A stretch of 64,000 nucleotides of DNA from a virus, in the IMG/VR virus record IMGVR_UViG_3300032213_002091, positions 25,041 to 89,040 of that record. The stretch is one strand, 5' to 3'. This document shows positions 17,651 through 28,451 of this stretch, in pieces. Under the pieces are notes generated by a model. That model was not told the origin of the DNA and searched no databases. It was given only the letters and a program-made list of their open reading frames with translations. The stretch's first letter is position 1; every line of letters starts with the position of its first letter. The position numbers and the translations under genes were made by a program.

Positions 17651-19620
17651 AAAAGAGATGCAGCCGCAGTAAAGCGTGTGGAGCAGGTTGTATCAGCAAT
17701 TCAAAAGCGTGCCGGCTCAACTTCCCAACCACTGTAAACAACATTCTCAACAAAGCCTCGGATCAAGTCGGGGTTGTTGAACTCTACCGTGCTGCTGCTG
17801 CAGGCGGAAAGCGCGGCGGCGCGGCTCAGTTCGAGAAGATCAAGAAGGAACTTCGCCAAGAACTCGGCAGAAACATTCGCGCAGGCGAAGACGCACGGGA
17901 ACTCAAGCGACGCCTCGTTGCGGCTGGCGTGATTCCAGCACGAGGTGCTGCAGCACCTAAGACAGAAGAAAACGCTGGGCAAATTTTCCAGAAAGCCGTC
18001 GCACAACCACAATCGGTTCCTTCCGCTCTGAAGCAAGAACTGAATCAAATCGCGGCTAGAGATCAGCAACAAAAAGATAACAAACCCGACTCCTTGTACG
18101 GAGCATGGGATACGAATCTTCTAGTTAGGTTCCGGAAAGATCTCTCGAACCAAAAATTTGAGGATAGGGAGATCATTAAGCTAGCTAAAAATAGAGTAGA
18201 CCGGGAGTTAGCTCGCAGAGAGGAAAAACCGAGTGAGAAACCTCCGGTAGTTCTCGCAGCGCGGCAACTTGATAAGTCACCCGGCGCTCGAACAAGAACG
18301 GTCCCCCCGCCAAGGGGAATAACGAATGGCGAATCCGATAACTGGCAATGGACCGGCGTGACTGACGTATTCGACGATATTTCACGCATAATGAGGGGAG
18401 TATCTCCGCGACACATTTCCATGGTTGGTGACGAAAGTGCGCGAGTCAAGAAATCACAAATCGCGCAACTTCAATCCGTGTTGGGTCTCGGAGCTCAAAC
18501 GAGGAAAGAAGTTGGCCGTGACCTGGAAGGGCTTCTCGATGAGGCAAGAAATCTGAAAGGCAGACTCATTAGTCAGCAGAAAAGGTTCAAAGGTAGTGAC
18601 CAGGAGAGATTGGTTTTACTCGATCGTCTCAAGAAAGTTCGAGAAGCGATTCAAGGTCCTGCCACCAAAGCAACCGGAAACGTTCGCTACGCTCGTGAAG
18701 ATGCCCGCGACCATGACGGTGATATGCTGAGCAAAGGAATTTCTCGTGAGCTTGGAAACAAGTCGTATCGCTGGGAAGATTCTTACGGCTCCGGCTCAAC
18801 TCTTCTCGGAAGAGGTGCCTATGGAACTGTTCTTCGTGAACCAAACAAGGGTAACGCCATCAAGAGAGGCGAAGTTGGCAAAATTGAGGCCGATCTGATT
18901 GATCGCCTTGGTAAAGTTGATCTTGGTCCGAAACTTCTTGCTGCACAACTTGACGGTGATTCTCAGTATAACCCTGGAACGAAGATCGGTCGCGTGGCGA
19001 TGAGCGTGGTTGCAGGAAGTCCGATCGGCTCAAAAGCGCCCGACAAAGAAATTGGCGGTGTCAAAGTCGCTGATGCGTATTGGATTGCTCGAGCAAATCT
19101 TCACAGAATGGGTATCGCTCACAACGATATGCACATTGATAACGTCCTTGTTGATCGCAAAGGTAAAGCCCGTTTCGTTGACATGGGCCTCGCTCAGGAT
19201 TCACCGAAGGCAGCTTTAGCTGAGGCAATGGGTGTTTTTCTTCCACCGAGGGGATCTACGGCAGATAGAGGACGTGGTGCTGCAGGGCAAGGGGACTGGC
19301 AAGTTCGCAGATGGAAGGGAACGGCAGGCGATCTGTTGTCAATATATGAGAAGGGAACTAAAAATGGTGGTACCCCGCTGGCAACAGAGAGAGCCCGGAA
19401 AGATCTAGAGACAAAAGCCCCCATCCTTGCTAAAGTTCGAGAAAACAAAAACGAAGTGCAGTTTGCGATGCTTCGAGATGGTTTCTCCAAAGACGACATC
19501 GCCACCGTGATGGACCACGGGATTCGCTCGCCGATGGAGACTTACGAGCAGGGCGTCTGGGCTAAAATAAGCAACGAACAGGCACAAAAATACATCTCGA
19601 TTCTTTACGACGGAGTTTGA
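17647..19620 (+). CDS. Cys-module protein with a C-terminal Ser/Thr protein-kinase-like domain
   Basis: KRCSRSKACGAGCISNSKAC; LGRGAYGTV, AIK, HNDMHIDNVLV, FVDMGLA. Confidence 0.85.
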   Translation: MKKRCSRSKACGAGCISNSKACRLNFPTTVNNILNKASDQVGVVELYRAAAAGGKRGGAAQFEKIKKELRQELGRNIRAGEDARELKRRLVAAGVIPARGAAAPKTEENAGQIFQKAVAQPQSVPSALKQELNQIAARDQQQKDNKPDSLYGAWDTNLLVRFRKDLSNQKFEDREIIKLAKNRVDRELARREEKPSEKPPVVLAARQLDKSPGARTRTVPPPRGITNGESDNWQWTGVTDVFDDISRIMRGVSPRHISMVGDESARVKKSQIAQLQSVLGLGAQTRKEVGRDLEGLLDEARNLKGRLISQQKRFKGSDQERLVLLDRLKKVREAIQGPATKATGNVRYAREDARDHDGDMLSKGISRELGNKSYRWEDSYGSGSTLLGRGAYGTVLREPNKGNAIKRGEVGKIEADLIDRLGKVDLGPKLLAAQLDGDSQYNPGTKIGRVAMSVVAGSPIGSKAPDKEIGGVKVADAYWIARANLHRMGIAHNDMHIDNVLVDRKGKARFVDMGLAQDSPKAALAEAMGVFLPPRGSTADRGRGAAGQGDWQVRRWKGTAGDLLSIYEKGTKNGGTPLATERARKDLETKAPILAKVRENKNEVQFAMLRDGFSKDDIATVMDHGIRSPMETYEQGVWAKISNEQAQKYISILYDGV

Positions 19621-19781
19621 TGGGCAAGCACGACGAACAGTATATCGCTCTGATGTCACGTTACAAGGAGCGCAGACAAGAGCTGGGCGAAAGAGCGGAT
19701 CTCTACCTTGAGGCGGCAATGAAGCTTCGAGAGAAGGGAGAAGTGAGCGAAGACGCGATTATCGGCGGGGCCTACCTGTAG
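19620..19781 (+). CDS. 53-aa protein translationally coupled to the kinase gene (not in the ORF track)
   Basis: TGATG overlap; MGKHDEQYIALMSRYKERRQELGERADLYLEAAMKL...GAYL. Confidence 0.7.
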   Translation: MGKHDEQYIALMSRYKERRQELGERADLYLEAAMKLREKGEVSEDAIIGGAYL

Positions 19782-19788
19782 GGTAAAA
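19781..19788 (+). promoter_or_regulatory. GGGTAAAA box
   Basis: 49 nt before ATG 19830. Confidence 0.7.
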
Positions 19789-19829
19789 GGTTGAAGCGTC
19801 ATTACGCGTTTCAACTCGCTCTTTAGCAA

Positions 19830-22800
19830 ATGTCTGCTGTAAAAATCGTTTTCAAGCGTTCGAGCATTCCGGGAAAGCGCCCGACGAGCTCAAACCTTGA
19901 GGTTGGTGAGATTGGCCTAAATACGAACTCAAACGATCCCGGTCTATTCTTTGAGGTTAACAACGACACTGTTGTTAAAGTAGGTCCAACATCGGTTCTT
20001 CCGCAGGCTCCGACAAGTTTACCCTCGAAAGGTGAACTCTGGTTGAATACGCAAGACGGAACCCTGAATTGCGGTGTCTTCAAAGATTTCACCTCTCAAT
20101 GGCAAACGATTGCAGCACCCTACCTCGGCGGTGGTGGATATGTTGTGTTCGTTGCCCCCGAATTTCTTGGCTCCACGGATTCAATTCTGAATGATGGCCA
20201 AGCGTTGCCGTTTCAGACTCTGACACGCGCAATCCTGGAGCTAAGCAAAATTACAATCAATGCAATCTTGACGGGTGCGACTCCCGCAAGCGAGAATAGC
20301 AAATATACGATTTACCTCGCCCCTTCTCGCGTCACTGCGAACAATGGCCCTGGCGCAAGTCTTGCCGAGTTCAACGTTAACTTCTCGTCAGATCCGTTTG
20401 CTCAGGTTACAACAACTCAGCTAACTCAGTTCAACAGTCCTACCGGGGGAATCATCGTTCCTCGGGGAATTTCGATTGTTGGCCTTGACCTCAAGAAGTG
20501 CATCTTGAGCCCAACATACGTCCCCAATTACAAGAACCCTGCGTACCCCGCCGGAGTCGATGGCGACTTTGACCAACCGATTACATCAGTCCTGAAGTGG
20601 ACTGGTAACACTTACCTCAACAACTACTCCATTCTTGACAAAGTTCAGTCACGGGATGTGTATAAAATTGAGTCCTCAACAAACGGGGAAGCAGTGTTTT
20701 ACTCGACTCGACCACACGGTCTAGAGGTGAACGATCTTGTTGAGGTCGAGTTCGCAGCCAGTGTGAATCAAATCACAGGAACTTTCTTAAACGGCAAATA
20801 CTACGCCTACCCGATTGATACTTTCTCTTTCTACTTGCGCACTGCGCCGGAAGCTCTATACGTAAAATACTCCGCCCTTCCGACGATTTCAACGTCCGAC
20901 TCGATAATTCTTTACGTCACAAATACACTCAAGTCAGCCCACCGCCTTCGCGGTAGCTTGAACACGACTCTGAGCGAGTTGGCAGATTATTACACCAAAG
21001 TTCAAAGGGCTTTCCCCGACTTCTTTGGCGGACAGGTAACTAACGGAGCTCTCCTGGTAAGTCAGGCTGAGTTCGTTATCGTGGCACCTACGAATTCCGA
21101 CTACCCAAACAACCGAGCTGCTAACAGCACCAGCAACTCCTCAGCTTACGCGAACAGCGTAAACGTTCGTTCCGATTACGGCATGTGCTGGGGCGAGGTA
21201 ATTGGTAACCAGATTCAAGGATTCAGGTCTCTCATCGCAAACGAATGCACTTGCGTTTCATTGCAGAACGACCCGGCGGCGTACGAAATTTACACGACTC
21301 TGCTCAACCCGATCACAAACATTTCGGAACAAAAGTGGTGGTCTCTCGCAAGAGCAACGTACCTTTCACTTCCGCTGAACGAGCGTCCTTCAACAATCGA
21401 TGCGGTTTCAGTAGAGGCTCAACTCGACCTTCTCAACAGAACTCAGATTAAGAACATTCGTTACTACTACCAAAATCAAGTTACGGAAAGCAACGAAAGT
21501 ATTGGCATTGTTAACACAGAGGTGGACTTCCGTCACTTCGGGTTTAGAATTCGAGATGGTGCATACGGTCAACTTCAGTCGATTTACACGATTGGTTGCG
21601 CAGTGGGCACGTGGGCTTTGAACGGAGGTTTCGTTTCCCTCACAAACAGCACGAGCAACTTCGGGTCAGTTGCGATCAAATCTGAAGGATTCTTCGGAAT
21701 CAACACTGTTGGTGGTGCAGATGCCAACCAAACCGGTTTTCTGTTCGAGGGTATTCAACGACCTCTTGCGCTCACAGAGTCTCAAGTTGTGTCGGACCAG
21801 AACAAACAAATTCTTTCTCTTGGGGCGAAAGTAGTCTCGGTCACTATTGATTCGGTGCTGGATCCGGGCATTCAATTGATTGAGCTCAGTTCAGAGTTTT
21901 CTCCTTGCTATCTTCTGCCGTACTCACTTAACCCTGGAAGTGCCGTATGGGTGAGAAACTCGACCAACGGGCAAACTTATCGAGGTTTCTTTGCAACAGA
22001 TGGCGGACCAACGGTAGTTCCAACCCCTGGATCTTGCGGCCTCACTTCAACCCTAAGGTTGAGAGCATCCGACAGCAGCATTCCTTTGGCGGCGGCTGTA
22101 ACTGAGCTGGAAGTCCCCTATATTCGTCGATTTGTTGATCCCCGTCCGGAGTTTGACCGGGCCTATAGTTTCAAAGTGTCGAACACATATCCAACCGTTA
22201 TTCCTCCCCAGGTAGGTTCAGTTCTTCGCCTCAACCAAACCAACCAAGCGATCAACCCTGGAACTCTTCGCCCCAACGTTCAATTCGACCCTGGCGTGTT
22301 GGGGGGGTGGGGGAGAATCTTCACCGTAGACCACGTATTTACCGCAGCTTTGGCGGAGTCGCCGCAATTCAACTACGTTATCGGAGACAGCAACGAGAAC
22401 GTAAACTACTACTTCACGGCCACCGTTTCTGACTACGCCAGACCCTGGAAGCAGGAGTTTGATAACTCTACCGGTACGATTGTCACTTACCAAGAGAGAA
22501 ACTGGTACACGGCGGAAAATAACATTTGGGACAATCTTTACTACGGAAGTGCGAACAACTTCCGACCAAGCGCAGGTCCGTTGAAACTTGCCCCCACCGA
22601 ATCTTGCTCACCGTTTGTGGATACGAGCGTTACTGAACGACAGGAGCGAATCTCCACAACTTACCAAGGAAGTTATGCGCCAGATGTGTACATCGAAGGA
22701 GATGTGTACTCGGAGACGGACACCTATTTCCGAGGGTCAACCTACCCCTACCCTTCCTACAGTGTTCAATCTTACTTTGACGGAGATGATGGTTCTCCCA

Positions 22801-23642
22801 GCCTAGGAATCTGTCTAAGCGACATTCCTAATGGATCTACAACTCAAACTAGCGGCGGGCTAACTGTTATTCAGACTTCTCTATCAGCTGGGGCCACAAC
22901 AAGATATCGGCCTGCGGTTGTTCAGTTTTCAGTGGCAAATGCCTCGGTTATCCCGAACCCTGAGGAAGAAGTTTCGATCATCCAACTTGTTGGAGGGGGC
23001 AATTTTGAGTACATGCAGGTGATTGACGTTTCCGGGTCAACCTTGAAAGCGATTCGCCTAAATCGAACCAACAGTTACTACCCGAACCCTTCTGCGGAGA
23101 ATCAGAATTGGCCCTCAGGCACATCTGTGATTGTTTGCGAAACAAACAAAACACCGAGCCCAGAAATTTACGACCCGATCTGGAGCAACACGAAGCAAGC
23201 TGTTCTTCGTTTCTTCGAGATCATGGGTTACTCGAACGAGGAGATTCTTCCGTATCTTGGTCCAATGTACTGGGGCGACAGAACTCTGGCAATTACGTCC
23301 ATTCCGTTGACCCCCGCCCAAGGGTACGCTCTGGTTACCGAGCGCTGGCCACTCGAGTTCAACAGTCCTTCAACGATTATTGCCAACACTCATACTTGGG
23401 CCTTCACCGGATACTTAAACTACTCCCGTGGCCTACCCAAGTTCCAGAATAACGAGTTGTCCAGAAAACTTTCCGCCGACTACCAGTCGACTGTTCTGTG
23501 GGGCGGTAAAGTTACGATCACTGGAGTAAGCAACCGAGGGGAAATCGTTCTGTTTGGCCCGCAACGTCAGGCTTTGACGGGAAGGTTCTACGAAGATGTC
23601 AACCCCCTGGTCAATCCCGCGAACCAACAACTTTCTCAGTGA
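19830..23642 (+). CDS. Large tail fibre / baseplate-associated structural protein
   Basis: N-terminal KRSSIPGKRPT...GEIGLN...PGLFF (cyanophage fibre anchor); beta-rich body. Confidence 0.7.
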   Translation: MSAVKIVFKRSSIPGKRPTSSNLEVGEIGLNTNSNDPGLFFEVNNDTVVKVGPTSVLPQAPTSLPSKGELWLNTQDGTLNCGVFKDFTSQWQTIAAPYLGGGGYVVFVAPEFLGSTDSILNDGQALPFQTLTRAILELSKITINAILTGATPASENSKYTIYLAPSRVTANNGPGASLAEFNVNFSSDPFAQVTTTQLTQFNSPTGGIIVPRGISIVGLDLKKCILSPTYVPNYKNPAYPAGVDGDFDQPITSVLKWTGNTYLNNYSILDKVQSRDVYKIESSTNGEAVFYSTRPHGLEVNDLVEVEFAASVNQITGTFLNGKYYAYPIDTFSFYLRTAPEALYVKYSALPTISTSDSIILYVTNTLKSAHRLRGSLNTTLSELADYYTKVQRAFPDFFGGQVTNGALLVSQAEFVIVAPTNSDYPNNRAANSTSNSSAYANSVNVRSDYGMCWGEVIGNQIQGFRSLIANECTCVSLQNDPAAYEIYTTLLNPITNISEQKWWSLARATYLSLPLNERPSTIDAVSVEAQLDLLNRTQIKNIRYYYQNQVTESNESIGIVNTEVDFRHFGFRIRDGAYGQLQSIYTIGCAVGTWALNGGFVSLTNSTSNFGSVAIKSEGFFGINTVGGADANQTGFLFEGIQRPLALTESQVVSDQNKQILSLGAKVVSVTIDSVLDPGIQLIELSSEFSPCYLLPYSLNPGSAVWVRNSTNGQTYRGFFATDGGPTVVPTPGSCGLTSTLRLRASDSSIPLAAAVTELEVPYIRRFVDPRPEFDRAYSFKVSNTYPTVIPPQVGSVLRLNQTNQAINPGTLRPNVQFDPGVLGGWGRIFTVDHVFTAALAESPQFNYVIGDSNENVNYYFTATVSDYARPWKQEFDNSTGTIVTYQERNWYTAENNIWDNLYYGSANNFRPSAGPLKLAPTESCSPFVDTSVTERQERISTTYQGSYAPDVYIEGDVYSETDTYFRGSTYPYPSYSVQSYFDGDDGSPSLGICLSDIPNGSTTQTSGGLTVIQTSLSAGATTRYRPAVVQFSVANASVIPNPEEEVSIIQLVGGGNFEYMQVIDVSGSTLKAIRLNRTNSYYPNPSAENQNWPSGTSVIVCETNKTPSPEIYDPIWSNTKQAVLRFFEIMGYSNEEILPYLGPMYWGDRTLAITSIPLTPAQGYALVTERWPLEFNSPSTIIANTHTWAFTGYLNYSRGLPKFQNNELSRKLSADYQSTVLWGGKVTITGVSNRGEIVLFGPQRQALTGRFYEDVNPLVNPANQQLSQ

Positions 23643-23651
23643 GTGATTAAA

Positions 23652-23659
23652 GGGTAAAA
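23652..23659 (+). promoter_or_regulatory. GGGTAAAA box
   Basis: 35 nt before ATG 23687. Confidence 0.75.
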
Positions 23660-23686
23660 CCTTGCATAGGCCGTTTTGAGACCCAA

Positions 23687-24073
23687 ATGTCTTTACCAAC
23701 TCCCCCTCCTTTCTCAGATCCTATTCCCAACCCTTCGCCGACAGTCCCTAACGTACCCGAGGAGTACATCGTGAAGGGTCCTTACTGGGATATGAAAGTT
23801 GTGACGACAAGCGGATTGTCTGTCACTTCCGGCGGAAAACTTCAAGTGACTGGTTCTCCTACGGTGTACTCGTCAGCCGAGACGTCTAATCTTACCAGTT
23901 ACTCTGGACATCTGAACATCGGTAACGGCATTGGAGTTGTAGGAGGAAACAATCTGCAAATTGGCACAGGAACCAACACGATTCCTTACTATGTGAAGAC
24001 AGCCCAGGGACTTTTGATTCTTGGGAATGGTTTCGATGTAAATAGCGCAACAGGCACTCTGAGCCAGGACTGA
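23687..24073 (+). CDS. Small structural protein
   Basis: 128 aa, beta/Gly-rich, in the tail region. Confidence 0.65.
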   Translation: MSLPTPPPFSDPIPNPSPTVPNVPEEYIVKGPYWDMKVVTTSGLSVTSGGKLQVTGSPTVYSSAETSNLTSYSGHLNIGNGIGVVGGNNLQIGTGTNTIPYYVKTAQGLLILGNGFDVNSATGTLSQD

Positions 24074-24075
24074 CA

Positions 24076-24083
24076 GGGTAAAA
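24076..24083 (+). promoter_or_regulatory. GGGTAAAA box
   Basis: 59 nt before ATG 24135. Confidence 0.7.
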
Positions 24084-24134
24084 CTTACTATATTTCTAAA
24101 CAACTTCCCTTTCGAAACTTAGTCAGCATAAGTA

Positions 24135-26378
24135 ATGGCCAATTCGATCCCAATTCAATTACTACGTTCAAAAGCTTTCCGACAGAGGCCAGACGCTGCC
24201 TTTCTGCTGGAAGGTCAGCCCGCCGTCAACATCAACGAGTTTGAGCCGGGGCTGTTCTTCTCGGATTCTGCGAACAACCTGTTCAAAGTAGGTCCCACTT
24301 CAGTCGGCCCGGAAGCTCCGAACTCGGGTATTTCCGGCTCTGGGGCGCAATTTCTTCTGGTGGGAGCTGTTACAGCAGTTTCCGTTGAGGACGGAGGAAC
24401 AACTTACGCCGTTAACGATGTTCTTACCGTTATTGGGGGATCGGGTACTGCCGCTACGCTTGAGGTTACAGGGGTTTCCGCAGGTGAAATCACTTCCGTC
24501 ACCCTTCTGAACGCAGGCAACTACTCAGTCTTCCCGGTTTCTCCTGTAATTGTCTCCGGGGGCTCAGGCTCTGGGGCAACATTCAATTTGACTGGAGGAG
24601 TTACCTCCGCCGCTGTAAGTTTTGGTGGAACGAACTACTTCGTAGGAAATATTCTGACCCTTTCGGGTGGCACTGGCATTCCTGCGGTTCTTCAAGTTCA
24701 GACTGTGTCTGGAACTTCGGTTACCTCGGTCAGTCTGGTGACGCCGGGAAGTTACACCGTGTTCCCGGTTCCGCCTGCCGGTGTTATCGAAAGCAGCGGC
24801 ACGGGTGGAAATTCGGTTGGGGAGCAGTGGCTAGACACCTACAACCCGAATGCCCCAGGATTGAAAGTATTTGATGGTGTTCGGTGGAGAGGAATCACAC
24901 CGATCTCAAATACCCTGTGGGTTGACGTGAACGGGAATGACGGGAATGACGGAACGAGTCCGCAAACAGCGAAGAGAACAATCAAGAGCGCCTTGGCACT
25001 GGCTGAAGTTGGCACTCAAATTCGGGTTTCTACTGGTAACTTCGAAGAGCAGAACCCCCTGGTGTTCCCTTACACGGACGTCTCGATTGTTGGAGCAGAC
25101 CTGCGCGCCACGACCATCACCCTTCTGAATCCGAACAACGATCTGTTCCACGTTCTTAACGGTTGCTATGTTCAGAACTTTTCCTTCTTAGGGGAAGTGA
25201 ACAAGATCCCAAACCCCCTGAACCCGTTGGAACAAATCCAGGGGTACGGGATTATGTCCTTCAAGCCCGGTGCGCCTGATATCAACACACCTGGCTCGCC
25301 GTTGTATATCACACAGAGCCCTTACGTTCAGAACTGCACAAACTTCGTTACCAACAGCATTGGCCTGAACGTTGACGGTAGCAAAGCGGGCGGCCTGCGA
25401 AGCATGGTGCTCGACAGCTTCACTCAATACAACCCTGACGGTTTGGGCGTCAAAGTTTACAACAAAGGTTACTGCCAAGTCGTGAGTATGTTCACGATCT
25501 GCGCGGATAAGTCCGTGTTGGCAGAAACCGGTGGAACAGTTAGCGTTACCAACAGTAACTCTGACTTTGGAAACTACGCGATGTACGCAGATGGTACGGG
25601 ACCACTGGAGCAATCCGGTGAGCTGGCGAGTGCCGCGACAGTTAACAACAGCGTGTTTAGCCTAGAAAACCTGACAACGAATCAGATTCCTTACGTGGGG
25701 CAGGTGATTACGGTTGGTGAGCTTTACTATAATGTGTCTGGTTTCGAGATTACGAATCCGGGCAGTGGTTTTACAAGCACCCCGACTGTCACTGTGTCGA
25801 TTGGAACGGGTCCGAATGCAATTCGGGCCCAAGGTATCGCGGTAATTAAGAACAACCAACTGATTGATATCGAGGTTGCTTCTTCTGGTCAGAACTACAC
25901 AGCTTCAGACACGATTGTCGTCACGATTACCGGGGGAGGCGGTGTCGGAGCAACTGCAACGGCAGTGAAAAATCCTGTGTATTACACCGTTGCCGGAGTC
26001 ACAGAACCTTACGACAGCATTACGGATACGGTTTCGATCGCGATTCAAGAAAACCTCCCATACACACCTTCAGTTGGCGACACCGTAAACTTCTGGCGTG
26101 TTAGCCGGATCATTGCGAACTCTCACTGTATGGAATACGTGGGTAGCGGAACCGACATCAACACTGCTATTCCCTTTACAGGTGGAACTGCCATCCAAGC
26201 TAACGAAGTCATTCAAATCAACGGTGGTCGCGTTGCCATTACTAGCACGGACCAACTTGGTGACTTCCGCGTTGGCGAAGACCTGGTAATTAACCAAAAC
26301 ACTGGAACAATCTCTGGCCAAGCGTTTAGAAAGTCGATCCTGGCCATCGTGATTCCTTACATCCTCGCCCTCTCCTGA
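24135..26378 (+). CDS. Tail fibre/spike with a beta-helix (pectin-lyase-like) region
   Basis: Same anchor type as 19830; WVDVNGNDGNDG...AKRTIKSAL, IVGADLR, QSPYVQNCT. Confidence 0.7.
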   Translation: MANSIPIQLLRSKAFRQRPDAAFLLEGQPAVNINEFEPGLFFSDSANNLFKVGPTSVGPEAPNSGISGSGAQFLLVGAVTAVSVEDGGTTYAVNDVLTVIGGSGTAATLEVTGVSAGEITSVTLLNAGNYSVFPVSPVIVSGGSGSGATFNLTGGVTSAAVSFGGTNYFVGNILTLSGGTGIPAVLQVQTVSGTSVTSVSLVTPGSYTVFPVPPAGVIESSGTGGNSVGEQWLDTYNPNAPGLKVFDGVRWRGITPISNTLWVDVNGNDGNDGTSPQTAKRTIKSALALAEVGTQIRVSTGNFEEQNPLVFPYTDVSIVGADLRATTITLLNPNNDLFHVLNGCYVQNFSFLGEVNKIPNPLNPLEQIQGYGIMSFKPGAPDINTPGSPLYITQSPYVQNCTNFVTNSIGLNVDGSKAGGLRSMVLDSFTQYNPDGLGVKVYNKGYCQVVSMFTICADKSVLAETGGTVSVTNSNSDFGNYAMYADGTGPLEQSGELASAATVNNSVFSLENLTTNQIPYVGQVITVGELYYNVSGFEITNPGSGFTSTPTVTVSIGTGPNAIRAQGIAVIKNNQLIDIEVASSGQNYTASDTIVVTITGGGGVGATATAVKNPVYYTVAGVTEPYDSITDTVSIAIQENLPYTPSVGDTVNFWRVSRIIANSHCMEYVGSGTDINTAIPFTGGTAIQANEVIQINGGRVAITSTDQLGDFRVGEDLVINQNTGTISGQAFRKSILAIVIPYILALS

Positions 26379-26382
26379 TAAC

Positions 26383-26718
26383 ATGGCACTTCCATTAACA
26401 GTCTTTAAGACGATTCCCGTCGACGTTCCTACTTCGGCCACGAACGTTTACACCGCGCCCACTGGTTACAACGCGATTGTTCTGACAGCGCAAGCGGTTA
26501 ACACAGATGCCGCCGCTCAAAACTTCTCGATGAGGCTTGTTCGGAACTCAACTGTGCATCCTATAGTCTTCAACTATGCGATTCCTTCTCAGGAAGTTTT
26601 GATTGCGTCGGGCGGAACCGCTGGCAAACTTGTTCTTCAGACCGGGGACACTCTCTCGATCGTCGGAACAACCACAAACATCAAATTTACTTTAAGTGTC
26701 CTTGAAACGCTGATCTAA
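26383..26718 (+). CDS. Small virion structural protein
   Basis: VYTAPTGYNAIVL...GKLVLQTGDTL, a recurrent cyanophage tail-region pattern. Confidence 0.65.
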   Translation: MALPLTVFKTIPVDVPTSATNVYTAPTGYNAIVLTAQAVNTDAAAQNFSMRLVRNSTVHPIVFNYAIPSQEVLIASGGTAGKLVLQTGDTLSIVGTTTNIKFTLSVLETLI

Positions 26719-26721
26719 GCC

Positions 26722-28443
26722 ATGGCAGGATTTTTCGATGGAAGGGTAATTCCCGTTCCCCCAACTTTAGCGAACGCTACTCGTTACGAAATTCTTGGTT
26801 TGGCCGACACAGAGCCCAACCTTGGAGTTCCGCCAGTTGATGGCTACGGGTTAGTTAGTACGGCGGCGGGTGTGCGAAGCTGGCAACTTGTTCCCCCGGC
26901 AGGACCGCCAGGCCCTCCGGGAGCACCGGGGCCAACAGGAGGCACAGGAGCTTCCGGGCCGCCTGGTCCCTCCGGTCCATCGGGAACGCCTGGCACTCCT
27001 GGCACACCTGGCCCAGTTGGACCTCCAGGGTCCGGCGGGGGATCAGGCGCACTTAACGCAAAATATATTGACAGTATCTCGTTTAACGGAACTCAAACCA
27101 CTTTCACTCTGACATCTGCTGGAGTAAATCTTCCTATCACAGTTCTGCAGCAAGATTTAGTTCTGTTTATTGGTGGTGCAATTCAACTTGCAGGGACGGC
27201 TTTCACATGGAACGCTGGTCTGAGCCAGGTTACGTTCACGAGTGCGCCACCTGCAGGAGATTACTTTGTAGGTTGGGTTGCGAGTCAAGTTGCCACCGGA
27301 CCAACCGGACCTACAGGGCCAACTGGCGCGGGTGGACTTGAGCGTCTTGATAACATTAGCGGCGGTTTCAACGGCTCAACAGTTACTTTCACTCTGACGT
27401 ACCTGGGCGGAACAACGCTGCCTTCGAACGTAACCGCAGACGATTTAGTTTTGTTTATCGGCGGCGCTGTTCAATCCACGGCAGCATTTTCGTGGAACCC
27501 CGCGCTGAGCCAAGTAACCTTCTCGACTGCCCCGCTAGCGGGAGATTATTTCGTCGGATTTGTTGGAAACACCGTTGCTATCGCGGGCGTTCCCACCGGT
27601 CTGATTTCCATGTGGTCTGGTTCAGTTGCGGCCATCCCAGGCGGTTGGCAACTGTGCGACGGAACAAACGGAACACCGGACTTGCGGGACAGATTCATTG
27701 TCGGTGCAGGAAGCAGTTACGCCCCTGGTAACACTGGCGGTCAGAATGCGGTCACTTTAGGCATTGGCGAAATGCCTAACCACGGCCACGGATTTTCCGA
27801 TCCTGGTCACTCTCACCAGTCGACCAGGAATGACTTTGCCGCAAATACCGGGGGGTATGGTTCCGGTTCTGGCGGAGGTGGACTGGGTCCAAATACAGTC
27901 TTTACAAACAACGTAGGTACTGGAATAACATTCGTTGCGGAGGGTGGGAGTGGAGCTCACGAAAACAGACCTCCTTACTACGCCCTTGCGTACATTATGT
28001 GCATAAGCGGCAGCAGCAGCGGTGGAGGTTCAGTTACCGGAACCGTTATTTGGTCGTCAGCCTCTACAGCGCCTATTGGCTACGTTGCGTGTAACGGAGC
28101 GGCTGTCTCACGAACCACCTATAGTAATTTGTTCGCTGTTATCGGAACCACTTACGGCAGTGGGGACGGAAGCACAACATTCAATCTTCCGGACTTGAGA
28201 GGCGAATTCATTCGAGGTTGGGACGCCGGTCGTGGAGTTGACTCAGGCCGAGTTTTTGGTAGTTCTCAGCTGGATGACTTTGCGAGTCACGATCACCCGC
28301 TCTTCAACCAAATATCTGGACCGGGAACTTCTGTCATTAGCGGACCCTCCGGTAGTAATACAATTAACACGGTAACCGGCAGTACCGGTGGAACTGAGAC
28401 TCGTCCTCGCAACGTTGCACTTCTCCCCTGCATCAAGTTCTGA
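26722..28443 (+). CDS. Tail fibre with collagen repeat and two tail-collar domains
   Basis: GPP/GTP triplets; [10 protein letters not shown]...[19 protein letters not shown] and GYVACNG...[27 protein letters not shown]; [14 protein letters not shown]. Confidence 0.85.
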   Translation: MAGFFDGRVIPVPPTLANATRYEILGLADTEPNLGVPPVDGYGLVSTAAGVRSWQLVPPAGPPGPPGAPGPTGGTGASGPPGPSGPSGTPGTPGTPGPVGPPGSGGGSGALNAKYIDSISFNGTQTTFTLTSAGVNLPITVLQQDLVLFIGGAIQLAGTAFTWNAGLSQVTFTSAPPAGDYFVGWVASQVATGPTGPTGPTGAGGLERLDNISGGFNGSTVTFTLTYLGGTTLPSNVTADDLVLFIGGAVQSTAAFSWNPALSQVTFSTAPLAGDYFVGFVGNTVAIAGVPTGLISMWSGSVAAIPGGWQLCDGTNGTPDLRDRFIVGAGSSYAPGNTGGQNAVTLGIGEMPNHGHGFSDPGHSHQSTRNDFAANTGGYGSGSGGGGLGPNTVFTNNVGTGITFVAEGGSGAHENRPPYYALAYIMCISGSSSGGGSVTGTVIWSSASTAPIGYVACNGAAVSRTTYSNLFAVIGTTYGSGDGSTTFNLPDLRGEFIRGWDAGRGVDSGRVFGSSQLDDFASHDHPLFNQISGPGTSVISGPSGSNTINTVTGSTGGTETRPRNVALLPCIKF

Positions 28444-28451
28444 TAATAACC

